Shown: positions 50,490-63,319 of the stretch, piece by piece
How positions within the stretch are numbered: the stretch's first letter is position 1
How the letters are laid out: every line of letters starts with the position of its first letter
Assembly: GCA_964016885.1 (NCBI GenBank)
Contig: OZ024753.1
Span: forward strand, 34,658,001-34,722,000
Length of the DNA: 64,000 nucleotides
Direction of reading: 5' to 3'
From: Eledone cirrhosa
Lineage: Eukaryota
Position numbers and translations under genes: made by a program
Notes under the pieces: model-generated
Database searches by the model: none
Told to the model about the DNA's origin: nothing
What the model saw: the letters and a program-made list of their open reading frames with translations, nothing else

Positions 50490-52095
50490 AACTGTTTCTA
50501 GCAGCAATTTGGGGGGTGGAGAAAGTAATTTATATTGACCCCAGTACTTGACTGGTACTTTATTTTATTGACCCCGGGAGGATGAAAGGCAAAGTTGCCC
50601 TCGGCACAATTTGAACTTGGTGTTTTCTCCAGCCGTAGAAAACCTGCCAAACAGTCCTATGCGAGTGAGACACGGTCACCCGATCAATCTTGCCTCAGTG
50701 GAACAATTCCCGTCTAACCCATGCTAGCGTGGAAGATAGACGTTAAACGATGATGGTGATGAATGTAAATAACAGAAACAGACAGCACAAAACACTTTGT
50801 TTGATGCTCTAACGATTCTGTTAGTTTGTCGCCTTAAACTGAGTGTAATAGTAGAACTCTACCACAATAAGACGAGTGTAATAATAATTTCTGATTTAGG
50901 CATAAAGCCAACAATTTTGGGGAGGGGAAAATCAATTAAATCGACCCCAGTGCATTACTGGTACTTTATTTTATCGACCCCGTAAGGATGAAAGGCAAAG
51001 TTAACCTTGGCAAGATTTGAACTCAGAACGTAATGCGCAAAGCATTGTGTCTGACGCTCTACCGATACTGCCAATCCACCGCCCTAAAGTGTAATAATGG
51101 TTTTTTTATATAGGCACAAGGTCAGCAATTTTGTGAGGGAGGAAGAAGTCGATTAAATCGACCCCAGTGCGTGACTGGTACTTTATTTTATCGACCCCGG
51201 AAGGATGAAAGGCAAAGTTAACCTCGGCGGGATTTGCACTCAGATCATAAAGGGACGTAACCCGTAAAGTGTAATAATACAAAAGAAAAAAATACCGGCC
51301 TTTATTTCAATATTATTCAATAAATAATTAAAATTAATCAAAGTAAATTAGAGTTATAACAACGTCTATATGAATAAAGAAACGGAAACTGAAGAACTGA
51401 ATATAACAAGAGAAAATAATTATATTTGAATTACCTTTAGCTTGAAATACATCCATACGTAGTTATGTATCCCGAAGTAATAGATACTTGACAAAAAATT
51501 GACGTTCTGAGGCAATAAAAACCTCAATGAAAATGTTTTTAAGTGGGATAAGAATAAATAAAAGAAAATTTAAACCGATTCTTGAACGTCCATTCGATTA
51601 TAGATACGAGTGTGTTTCACACGAAATATCTTAACACATTTACGAAGAACAGGGGTATATTACAAACGTAACGTCAACTGTAACATACGACACGTGTGTG
51701 TATGTATGTATGTCTGTGTGTACGTACGTACCAATTCTGAACTCCAAAATTAGAATACGTTTAACTCTATTGATATTGTTATTGACGGTGCCTATATAAG
51801 AAACCATTATTGACGGCACTGAGTTCAAATTCCGCCGAGGTTAACTTTACCTTTCATCGTTACGGGGGTCGATAAAATAAAGTACCAGTCACGTACTGGG
51901 GTCGATTTAATCGACTGTCCCCTTCCCCCAAAAATTGCTGACCTTGTGCCTATATAAGAAACCATTATTGACGGCACTGAGTTCAGATCCCGCCGAGGTT
52001 AACTTTGCCTTTCATCCTTACGGGGTCGATAAAATAAAGTACCAGTAATGCACTGGGGGTAATTGCTGGCCTTGTGCCAAAAGTAGAAACAGTTA
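50490..52095. mobile_element. SINE cluster: 50490-50620(-), 50885-51085(-), 51100-51262(-), 51815-51970(+), 51975-52095(+)
   Basis: SINE core motif. Confidence 0.85.
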
Positions 52096-52468
52096 TTATT
52101 GACGGCACTGGTCCACCAGGAACAAAAATAATAATTCAAATAAATTAAATTAGGGCTCCTTACAGTGTCTATGTGGAAAGATGAACGGAAATTAAAGAAC
52201 CCTGAAGATAAAGTTTGATAAAGATAATATAACGAGTGGTTTAAAGCGGTTAGCCGGAATCTGGCAGATACAAGGTTCGATTCCTCGTAGTGGACGATAG
52301 CAATTTCTTTTTCCGTCTCTAAGGGTCATCACCCTATTTTATAGCATCTCACTGCATGAGTACACCACTCTTTATATTCATTTTATCCTCTCACTGCTTT
52401 TTAAAAGCCCTTGTCAGGGCATTCTTCTAGGAGAAGGATGTAGTCTATGGAACACCCAACTGATTTAG

Positions 52469-52885
52469 AAGTCGACTTTAAGTAGGAGCAATAACCTTAA
52501 GAAAGACATGAACATCACCACATCATTTTGTATTGAACATTTTGAAAGTAGGTTTATAAGTCTGAATTTTCATAAGATTTTCGCAGTTGTCTTAGTGGCC
52601 TAGCGGTGGAGATCCTGGTCTTGGGTTCAAACTTCATCAGTTTTTATTTTACATCCCATAGAAAAAAAGAACTGGAAAGGTTTACCGAGAAACCTACTCC
52701 CGACCAGAATCGAAACTCAGACCAGTATCACCACAGTCTATGATTCCTTCCACTAGGCCGCCGAGACAGCTACAAAAGTATAATGAAAGTTAATAACTAT
52801 AAACCTACTTTCAAAATCAAAGTTTAAAAGATGTGGTATCCTTCATGGCTTTCCTAGATCTATTAATCATATTTAGGGTCGACTT
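52469..52885. repeat. Diverged palindromic element with inverted tRNA-like heads
   Basis: Pairs attttgaaagtaggtttata/tataaacctactttcaaaat, aagtcgac/gtcgactt and ggcctag/ctaggcc. Confidence 0.65.
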
Positions 52886-52967
52886 GTCAATCTTCTGGCA
52901 CTTTGGTAACAGCCCTATTATTCCTGTGTTTAACTGTTGAAGTAATTTAATTTAATTATTTTAACAT

Positions 52968-53019
<52 letters not shown>

Positions 53020-53021
<2 letters not shown>

Positions 53022-53439
53022 AGTTTAGAAAGCCACAACAATGCAGATGGGAAATCTCGAGGTAGGAAGTGAGTGAGAAATAGGAGAAAAGTGAAAATTG
53101 AGAGAAATGAAAACAAAACAAAGGTAGAAGGGTTACCGTAGTGGAGATTTAATCCCAATATTTCGGGCTCACGCCCATCAACTTTCTCCGGCTTAGCCTG
53201 TCCCCCCCCCTCCCTTTTGGAACTTTCCCCCGTTGATGGGCGTGAGCCCGAAATATTGGGATTAAATCTCCACTACGGTAACCCTTCTACCTTTGTTTTG
53301 TTTTCATTTCTCTCAATTTTCACTTTTCTCCTATTTCTCACTCACTTCCTACCTCGAGATTTCCCATCTGCATTGTTGTGGCTTTCTAAACTACATATTT
53401 TACACATTTCAAAATGCTTCAAGCAAACTTTAACACCCT

Positions 53440-53442
<3 letters not shown>
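53020..53442. mobile_element. Fold-back element with truncated HHR (about 163-bp perfect arms plus about 48-nt tail)
   Basis: 53020-53182 is the reverse complement of 53232-53394; gttgat-gggc-gtga-gccc-GAAA-tatt-gggatt. Confidence 0.82.
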
Positions 53443-53522
<80 letters not shown>

Positions 53523-53525
53523 TCT

Positions 53526-53769
53526 TTTAGGAGAAGGCAACTCAGGAAACTGGGATAACTCCGACATAAAACCTGCGGCTCAGCAGTTACCGATGATGTT
53601 GATCTTTTCTTTTTTCGGGTTGTAGCTACTGTCGCTCAGAGAGTGGGATTGGCTCAGTGCACTGTCTTTCCTCACTTAAAAAATTGCACGATAGCTTACT
53701 TGATAATTATTAATAATGTTACATCGTGCAATGGCCATACTCGATATCGAGGGGGCAGCCATCGTGTAT
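53526..53769 (+). mobile_element. Short non-autonomous RTE derivative
   Basis: taggagaagg, gatgatgttg and agagagtggga resemble family X; the 3' end is near-identical to the RTE terminus at 22861-22900. Confidence 0.75.
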
Positions 53770-53789
53770 GACGTAGGTCTGGAGTTGCC

Positions 53790-54110
53790 GACTACTAAAT
53801 TTTACTCCCAAGACATTGAATTGTCAAACCTAGTCTATATCACAATTGGCCAAACATACACAGAAAGCTCGCATTCTACTCTACTGCAATGACATCTGCT
53901 CCTCGGATCTGATTGACCTCATGCCACCTTCATTCAAGCATCCTACCTCACTCATCTTTCTACCTCCCATCTCCCATATTGTGTCCAATTCCTCAGGCCA
54001 TGCACTGAACACCACGCCCAGTCCTTCTTCTCGAAATCATCACCTCTCAGGGGTCCTTTCCCTACATATGTCTTTCATGAAGGAGTCCCTATGTTAACAG
54101 TTTAAACTGA
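53790..54110 (+). mobile_element. Degenerate LINE ORF2 C-terminus (L2/Daphne-like)
   Basis: YCNDICSSDLIDLMPP and HAQSFFSKSSPL..FPTYVF in shifted frames. Confidence 0.55.
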
Positions 54111-54400
54111 ACACAGGAGAGCTTGCAAAGGTCATAACTTTAAAAAAGAGATGACACAAAATTCGCTAATTCAAAGTGAATTAAATATAAGACGCAACAT
54201 GTCTACCGTTTTATGTGTCTATATAGATGTATGTATACATGTGTGTGTATGTGAGTATGTGTGAGTGTGAGTATGTGTGTGGGTGAGTGAGTGTGAGTGT
54301 GTCTGTATATGTGTGCATGCTTTTGCGTGTATACATGCGAGTGAAAATGTTTGATTTTACATGTGCACCCTCTCTACAAAAACATACATATTTACTACAC

Positions 54401-56255
54401 ATACATACCATCTTATATACATACCATCTTATATACATACCATCTTATATACATACCTACTTATATACATACCTTCTTATATACATACCATCTTATATAC
54501 ATACCATCTTATATACATACCATCTTATATACATGCCATCTTATATACATACCATCTTATATACATACCATCTTATATACATACCTTCTTATATACATAC
54601 CTACTTATATACATACCATCTTATATACATACCATCTTATATACATACCTTCTTATATACATACCATCTTATATACATACCATCTTATATACATACCATC
54701 TTATATACATACCATCTTATATACATACCATCTTATATACATACCTTCTTATATACATACCATCTTATATACATACCATCTTATATACATACCTACTTAT
54801 ATACATACCATCTTATATACATACCTTCTTATATACATACCTTCTTATATACATACCTTCTTATATACATACCATCTTATATACATACCTTCTTATATAC
54901 ATACCCTCTTATATACATACCATCTTATATACATACCTTCTTATATACATACCTACTTATATACATACCCTCTTATATACATACCATCTTATATACATAC
55001 CATCTTATATACATACCTACTTATATACATACCATCTTATATACATACCTACTTATATACACACCGACTTATATACACACCGACTTATATACATACCTTC
55101 TTATATACATACCATCTTATATACATACCATCTTATATACATACCATCTTATATACATACCATCTTATATACATACCATCTTATATACATACCATCTTAT
55201 ATACATACCATCTTATATACATACCTACTTATATACATACCATCTTATATACATACCTACTTATATACATACCATCTTATATACATACCATCTTATATAC
55301 ATACCTTCTTATATACATACCATCTTATATACATACCATCTTATATACATACCATCTTATATACTTACCATCTTATATACATACCATCTTATATACTTAC
55401 CATCTTATATACATACCATCTTATATACATACCTACTTATATACATACCATCTTATATACATACCTTCTTATATACATACCATCTTATATACATACCATC
55501 TTATATACATACCATCTTATATACATACCTACTTATATACATACCATCTTATATACATACCATCTTATATACATACCTACTTATATACATACCTACTTAT
55601 ATACATACCATCTTATATACATACCATCTTATATACATACCATCTTATATACATACCATCTTATATGCATACCATCTTATATACATACCTTCTTATATAC
55701 ATACCATCTTATATACATACCATCTTATATACATACCATCTTATATACATACCATCTTATATACTTACCATCTTATATACTTACCATCTTATATACTTAC
55801 CATCTTATATACATACCATCTTATATACATACCTACTTATATAAATACCATCTTATATACATACCTTCTTATATACATACCATCTTATATACATACCATC
55901 TTATATACATACCATCTTATATACATACCTACTTATATACATACCATCTTATATACATACCATCTTATATACATACCATCTTATATACATACCATCTTAT
56001 ATACATACCTACTTATATACATACCATCTTATATACATACCATCTTATATACATACCATCTTATATACATACCATCTTATATACATACCTACTTATATAC
56101 ATACCATCTTATATACATACCTTCTTATATACATACCTACTTATATACATACCATCTTATATACATACCATCTTATATACATACCTTCTTATATACATAC
56201 CATCTTATATACATACCTACTTATATACATACCATCTTATATACACACCGACTTA
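54401..56255. repeat. 16-bp minisatellite, about 115 copies
   Basis: Unit ccatcttatatacata with cctt/ccta variants. Confidence 0.97.
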
Positions 56256-56371
56256 CGTACGTATACGTGTAGTCTCTCTCTTTGTGTGATTTGTCTTTTA
56301 ATCAAATAACATTTGACGCCTGATAAACTGTTTAAATGGTAATTGTGGAATAAAGAAAAATGTTCCATAGA

Positions 56372-56972
56372 AGTGAGAGTAGGAAGAGAGAGGTAAGTAG
56401 GATAGAGAGGGAGAGGAGAGAGAGGTAAGTAGGATAGAGAGGAAGAGAGAGGTAGGATAGAGAGGGAGAGGAGAGAGAGAGGGAGAGGAGAGAGAGGAAG
56501 AGAGAGGTAAGTAGGATAGAGAGGGAGAGGAGAGAGAGGTAAGTAGGATAGAGAGGGAGAGGAGAGAGAGGAAGAGAGAGGTAGGACACAGAGGGAGAGG
56601 AGAGAGAGAGGGAGAGAGAGGTAGGACACAGAGGGAGAGGAGAGATAGGTAGGAGAGAGAGAGGGAGACAGAGGAAGAGATGTAGGAGACTGATGGAGAG
56701 AGAGAGGTAGGAGACAGAGAGAGAGAGGGAGAGAGAGAGGTAGGACGGAGAGGAGAGAGAGGTAGGAGAGAGGAGACAGAGGAAGAGAGGTAGGAGACGG
56801 ATGGAGAGAGAGAGGGGAGAGAGAGAGAGGTAGGATACAGAGAGGGAGGGAGAGAGAGGAGAGAGGGGGAAAGAGAGAGGGAGAGGGAGGAGAGAGGAAA
56901 CAGAGGGAGTAGAGAGCGAGAGAGGAGACAGATGGAGAGAGTGAAGGATGACACAGAGGGAGAGAGAGAGGT
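56372..56972. repeat. Purine-rich (GA)n-derived repeat
   Basis: Direct inspection. Confidence 0.9.
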
Positions 56973-57592
56973 GCATGAGTTAAAAGGGATGAAGTAATAC
57001 ACATTGATAGAAAGTGAGAGCGTTCGTCATGGCAACTGCAGAGGCTCTGAAGGAAAGGAAGAGAAGGAGAAAGAGTCCGTATGTGTATGTGGAAGGGGGG
57101 GGGGGTACAAATGGTAACTGGAATGAAAATAAACAGAGAAATAAAAGATAGAGTGAGAAGTGAGGCTATTGAATATATATACACTGATTAGTTTTTTTTC
57201 GTTGTTTTTGGTATTGTGTGACTAGGTTTACGTACCGCCATTTTAAATTGTTCAAGCTGTCTAAACGTATGTTATTACTCTGAGGCCTGCAACCTTATTG
57301 AGTGCTTTGCTACTCATTCCTAATTGTAGGTCGTTAGCTGGGCCGCAGCCAAAGCTTCGACTTGTATCATCAAAACATCCCTAACAAGCTCATATGTCCC
57401 AAGGCTCTGATACCATCAACACTATACACACAGAGCTGGCATATCTAAGAACTGACTAACTGCCTGATGCGGTCATAGCCATTCAATGGCTATCATCGAA
57501 ATATATATAACAGTAAATATAAATAAAGGATTATGAGTTCATGCAATTGGCTTATGTTTCGTCACTATAATATATATATATATATATATATA

Positions 57593-57998
57593 AGAATTAA
57601 AATACTAGAGTGTGTTGGAGTTGAACACCCTCTTCGTATTATAGAAATGGCAGTAAAGGTATAGCTCAATGTAATTAAACAGAGCCGAAGAATTATGAAA
57701 ATAAACCAAAGAAGCCTTCAATACATCAAAAGTCTTTATTAGCCAACAATGTTTCGTCCTATTAAGGACTCATCAGGGCAATTAAAGCTATAAGAAGCAC
57801 TATCGGCCAATACAAGCCAAAAACTCAGAAGAATATGGAGTGTACATAATGTATGTACACTCCATATTCTTCTGAGTTTTTGGCTTGTATTGGCCGATAG
57901 TGCTTCTTATAGCTTTAATTGCCCTGATGAGTCCTTAATAGGACGAAACATTGTTGGCTAATAAAGACTTTTGATGTATTGAAGGCTTCTTTTCATAA
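57593..57998. mobile_element. Fold-back HHR element, family D
   Basis: Arms about 57691-57848 and 57853-57998, tail 57593-57690, (AT)n flanks. Confidence 0.88.
57921..57958 (+). ncRNA. Type I HHR, family D (mirror copy 57742-57779, minus)
   Basis: gcc-CTGATGA-gtcc-ttaata-ggac-GAAAC-att-GTT-ggc. Confidence 0.9.
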
Positions 57999-58000
57999 TA

Positions 58001-58045
<45 letters not shown>

Positions 58046-58097
58046 ATATATATGTATATATATATGTATATATATATATGTATATATATATGTATAC

Positions 58098-58128
<31 letters not shown>

Positions 58129-58141
58129 CATATATATATAC

Positions 58142-58172
<31 letters not shown>

Positions 58173-58201
58173 CATATATATATGTATATATATATATATA
58201 T

Positions 58202-58598
58202 ATTGTTATACTTTGGGAGGGTCATGTTGCCAATAAGAAACACACGCACCAGTTGCTTTCACTTCAATTTATTATATATTTATAAATTTACAAATTTCTG
58301 GTTGGTTGGTTGGTTCCACAACCAGATAGTTGTTTATATATAGTCATAGTCACTGAAGAGGTCACAGAGTGTGTGACGAAAGGACTATGACTATATATAA
58401 ACAACTATCTGGTTGTGGAACCAACCAACCAACCAGAAATTTATAAATTTGTAGATTTGTAAATTTATAAATATATAATAAATTGAAGTGAAAGCAACTG
58501 GTGCGTGTGTTTCTTATTGGCAACATGACCCTCCCAAAGTATAACAATATCGGTTTCAACACACGATTTCAGATAAAGAATCTTGCTAAACAAATTCA
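58202..58598. mobile_element. Fold-back solo pLTR pair of the PLE at 35-37 kb (family C)
   Basis: 58349-58547 closely matches 37105-37297; 58202-58345 is its inverted copy. Confidence 0.92.
58346..58394 (+). ncRNA. Type I HHR, family C
   Basis: atagtca-CTGAAGA-g-gtcaca-gagtg-tgtgac-GAAAG-ga-CTA-tgactat. Confidence 0.85.
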
Positions 58599-58605
58599 TA
58601 TATAC

Positions 58606-58644
<39 letters not shown>

Positions 58645-58656
58645 TATGTATATATA

Positions 58657-60529
58657 TATATGTGAATATAGACATAGAATATTCGAAAATATTCTGTATG
58701 TTTATAATAAACATTTTGAAGACCTAATCGCTATAGAATAGAATACGTCACGTATTACAATTAGATTCTCGATAAAAGCAAGGGAAGTAATCTACGCGTT
58801 TCATTCTCGTTAGAAATCATCAGGACTACATATCCAGTGCTTTTATCGAGAATGACACAGCTAGAGACTTATAGAATACTTAGCTGTGTACAGGAACTGG
58901 TTTGAAAGAGCGGTTGCCGGTCCGGCAGAAATTAGAAATTGGAATAAATGCTCTGAAATAGCGATATATATGTGAATATAGACATAGAATATTCGAAAAT
59001 ATTCTGTATGTTTATAATAAACATTTTGAAGACCTAATCGCTATAGAATAGAATAAAAGATAAAATAGATAAAAGCACTGGATATGTAGTCCTGATGATT
59101 TCTAACGAGAATGAAACGCGTAGATTACTTCCCTTGCTTTTATCGAGAATCTAATTGTAATACGTGACGTATTCTATTCTATAGCGATTAGGTCTTCAAA
59201 ATGTTTATTATAAACATACAGAATATTTTCGAATATTCTATGTCTATATTCACATATATATCGCTATTTCAGAGCATTTATTCCAATTTCTAATTTCTGC
59301 CGGACCGGCAACCGCTCTTTCAAACCAGTTCCTGTACACAGCTAAGTATTCTATAAGTCTCTAGCTGTGTCATTCTCGATAAAAGCACTGGATATGTAGT
59401 CCTGATGATTTCTAACGAGAATGAAACGCGTAGATTACTTCCCTTGCTTTTATCGAGAATCTAATTGTAATACGTGACGTATTCTATTCTATAGCGATTA
59501 GGTCTTCAAAATGTTTATTATAAACATACAGAATATTTTCGAATATTCTATGTCTATATTCACATATATATCGCTATTTCAGAGCATTTATTCCAATTTC
59601 TAATTTCTGCCGGACCGGCAACCGCTCTTTCAAACCAGTTCCTGTACACAGCTAAGTATTCTATAAGTCTCTAGCTGTGTCATTCTCGATAAAAGCACTG
59701 GATATGTAGTCCTGATGATTTCTAACGAGAATGAAACGCGTAGATTACTTCCCTTGCTTTTATCGAGAATCTAATTGTAATACGTGACGTATTCTATTCT
59801 ATAGCGATTAGGTCTTCAAAATGTTTATTATAAACATACAGAATATTTTCGAATATTCTATGTCTATATTCACATATATATCGCTATTTCAGAGCATTTA
59901 TTCCAATTTCTAATTTCTGCCGGACCGGCAACCGCTCTTTCAAACCAGTTCCTGTACACAGCTAAGTATTCTATAAGTCTCTAGCTGTGTCATTCTCGAT
60001 AAAAGCACTGGATATGTAGTCCTGATGATTTCTAACGAGAATGAAACGCGTAGATTACTTCCCTTGCTTTTATCGAGAATCTAATTGTAATACGTGACGT
60101 ATTCTATTCTATAGCGATTAGGTCTTCAAAATGTTTATTATAAACATACAGAATATTTTCGAATATTCTATGTCTATATTCACATATATATCGCTATTTC
60201 AGAGCATTTATTCCAATTTCTAATTTCTGCCGGACCGGCAACCGCTCTTTCAAACCAGTTCCTGTACACAGCTAAGTATTCTATAAGTCTCTAGCTGTGT
60301 CATTCTCGATAAAAGCACTGGATATGTAGTCCTGATGATTTCTAACGAGAATGAAACGCGTAGATTACTTCCCTTGCTTTTATCGAGAATCTAATTGTAA
60401 TACGTGACGTATTCTATTCTATAGCGATTAGGTCTTCAAAATGTTTATTATAAACATACAGAATATTTTCGAATATTCTATGTCTATATTCACATATATA
60501 TCGCTATTTCAGAGCATTTATTCCAATTT
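58657..60529. mobile_element. Retrozyme-like array: 310-bp unit, about 4.7 copies (+, 59068-60529) preceded by about 1.3 inverted copies (58657-59055)
   Basis: aaaagcactg recurs at 59071, 59381, 59691, 60001 and 60311; one HHR per unit; (AT)n flanks. Confidence 0.9.
59396..59438 (+). ncRNA. Type I HHR of the 310-bp unit (also 59086, 59706, 60016, 60326 on plus; 58787-58829 on minus)
   Basis: gtagtc-CTGATGA-t-ttct-aacg-agaa-t-GAAAC-gc-GTA-gattac; helix I extended by the 16-bp pair attctcgataaaagca/tgcttttatcgagaat. Confidence 0.88.
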
Positions 60530-60530
60530 A

Positions 60531-60565
<35 letters not shown>

Positions 60566-60567
60566 TC

Positions 60568-60603
<36 letters not shown>

Positions 60604-60678
60604 GTATATATATATATGTATGTATATATATATGTATATATATATACATATATACATATGTATATATATATATGTATG

Positions 60679-60760
<82 letters not shown>

Positions 60761-60786
60761 CATATGTATATATATATATATGTATG

Positions 60787-60818
<32 letters not shown>

Positions 60819-60850
60819 CATATATACATATGTATATATATATATGTATG

Positions 60851-60883
<33 letters not shown>

Positions 60884-61196
60884 GTATATATACATATATA
60901 TATGTATGTATATATATATGTATATATGTATGTATATATATATGTATATATACATACATATATGCATATATACATATGTATATGTATATATACGTATGTA
61001 TATATACATGTATACATATGTATATATATGTATGTATATATACATATGTATATATATATGTATGTATATATACATATATACATATGTATATATATATGTA
61101 TGTATATATACATATGTATATATATATGTATGTATAGATATGTATATATACATATATATATATACATATACATATATATATATGTATATATACATA

Positions 61197-61249
<53 letters not shown>

Positions 61250-61415
61250 GTATATATACATACCACACATATATATACATACATATATACATATGTATAT
61301 ATGCATTTATATATGTATATATACATATATATATATACACATATATATATATATACATGATATATATATATACACATACATATATATACATGTTTGTATA
61401 TGTATGCATACACAT
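60530..61415. repeat. (AT)n/(ATGT)n microsatellite
   Basis: Direct inspection. Confidence 0.95.
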
Positions 61416-61611
61416 ATTACTAGTCGACACTATTAAACCTCTTCTGTCAACTGTGATTTATCTCAGTCAATATGACCAGAGGACAGCTGCAATATTAAAT
61501 AATAGATGAGTGAGTTATCAACAAAGAAACAGAGAAGATATAACTACGGTCAGACATTTGGATACGTCTTTGAATCAAACATAACGCTTCTCTTGTTAGC
61601 ATACATGTAAT

Positions 61612-62073
61612 CCAGGGTCTCGTTTCAGGGAGGTACCAGGGGACAAATGATAAAATATAAGACAGTTTCGATACCCTAAATTAATTGATTTCAAATCTAT
61701 TTTACAGGTCCCAACTACTCAAACATTTTCACAGAAGACGGAGAATTTTCTGACCTTCCAGGGAGGCTTTTGCTGTTCTTTGTTACTAGGGGCTACCAGG
61801 GGAGGGGGCACCAGGAGACAAGCCCCCTCCCCCCTCTCTCCACTTTTTCGAACGTCAATATTTTATTTTTTGTTTATTTGATATGATAAATTCTTTTTAA
61901 GCTTATTTTTTTTTATATCTGCACTTCATTTGAATATATAAAATTTAGTTAGCGTAAAATTTTACTTATGTGATAGGGTCCGGAAAAGGCACCATAAGCA
62001 ATTTATGCTCCTTTAAGAATCAACAAATGTTGGTTTGTCCCCTTCACATTTTAAAGGCAAACGAGGTCCCTGG
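61612..62073. mobile_element. MITE-like element (hAT-like CAGGG termini)
   Basis: ccagggtctcgttt...aaacgaggtccctgg, subterminal ggggacaaa/tttgtcccc, and tgtaat in both flanks. Confidence 0.55.
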
Positions 62074-63319
62074 GTGTAATTGTAGTATCTTGTCTGAAAA
62101 AGAAAACTGTGTTAGGCCGTTCGGCTCATGATCGTAAATTTGTCAGTTTGATTCCACGCTGTGCTTTTTTATCTTTGAGCAAGATATTTCACTTTTATTT
62201 CCTGTTTCACTAGCAGTGGTAAATTGGTCGTATCTGCTAGTAAGTATGTATGCCTGAAAGAAATAAAGTTTGTGCGTGTGTGTGTGTATATATATATATA
62301 TATACAGTGGCGGATTGGGTCTAAAAATATTGGTTGCCAGGAAGAATGCTATTATTTAATTTTTATAACGAATAAACAACATTTTCAAAAATTACATAAA
62401 TGGAAACAAAAACGTGCAATCAAATTTCTGCGGAGAAAAATGTATACTTTTTCTTTTTTACTGGCAGTATACAATGTAAATACAGAATATTATATATAAT
62501 TAAATTTTTTAAATAATTGTGAATGTAATAAGTATACTGTTATTTTGAAAAAACCAAACTGAAAATAAATTCCTATGTTTTCTTGTAAAAATCACGGCAA
62601 TGCAGTCAATACAGATTTTGTTTGCTCTTCTACTGAAACCTTTTTTACACCCATTTTTGCGATTAAGTAAAGACGGAGTTATCGTTCTTGAGATTTCGGG
62701 CTGGAGAATTTTAAGGAACTGATGTCGCTAAATCGTCAAAGTATTTACCTGCACTGTTGCATCATGGGTGGGTAATGGCTGAATTTCATTTTTTAAATGA
62801 CGGCAACTTTTTTTTTTATTTCTTTCTCGACATCTTGTTTCTTGTTTAATGTCAATAAATAAATAAAACAATTAATTTACTACCCACCTCTCTTTAATCT
62901 GAACATCAAATTACCGTGGGGGCAATGAAGGGTAAAACGCCTGTGTGCGTGTGTGTATGCTTATGTGTGTATGCGTATGCATACGTGTGTGGTTAGGGTA
63001 TTTTGGATGATTGTCATAAAGTTGTATTTTTGATTGCAGGTGGAACCTTGTATCCTTGAGCAAGATTCTTTTTATTTCGTGTTACTGCAGCTATGCTCAG
63101 TTGTAAAAAAAAGTACATATAAATGTACCAGTAATTCAAAGGGCCAGCTTTGTCAGAGACTGTGTCATGCTGAATCTCCGCGAGAATTACATTAGTGGTA
63201 CACGTGTCTGCAGAATGCTCAACAACCTACATGTTAATTTCATGAGCAGGCTATTCCGTTGATCAAACAACTGGAACACTCACCCTATGAACCAACGGAC
63301 GTTGAGTAACAATATCATC

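Noticed and set aside
62304-62900. cagtggcggatt hAT-like terminus
   Set aside because: No matching second terminus or clear transposase motif found.
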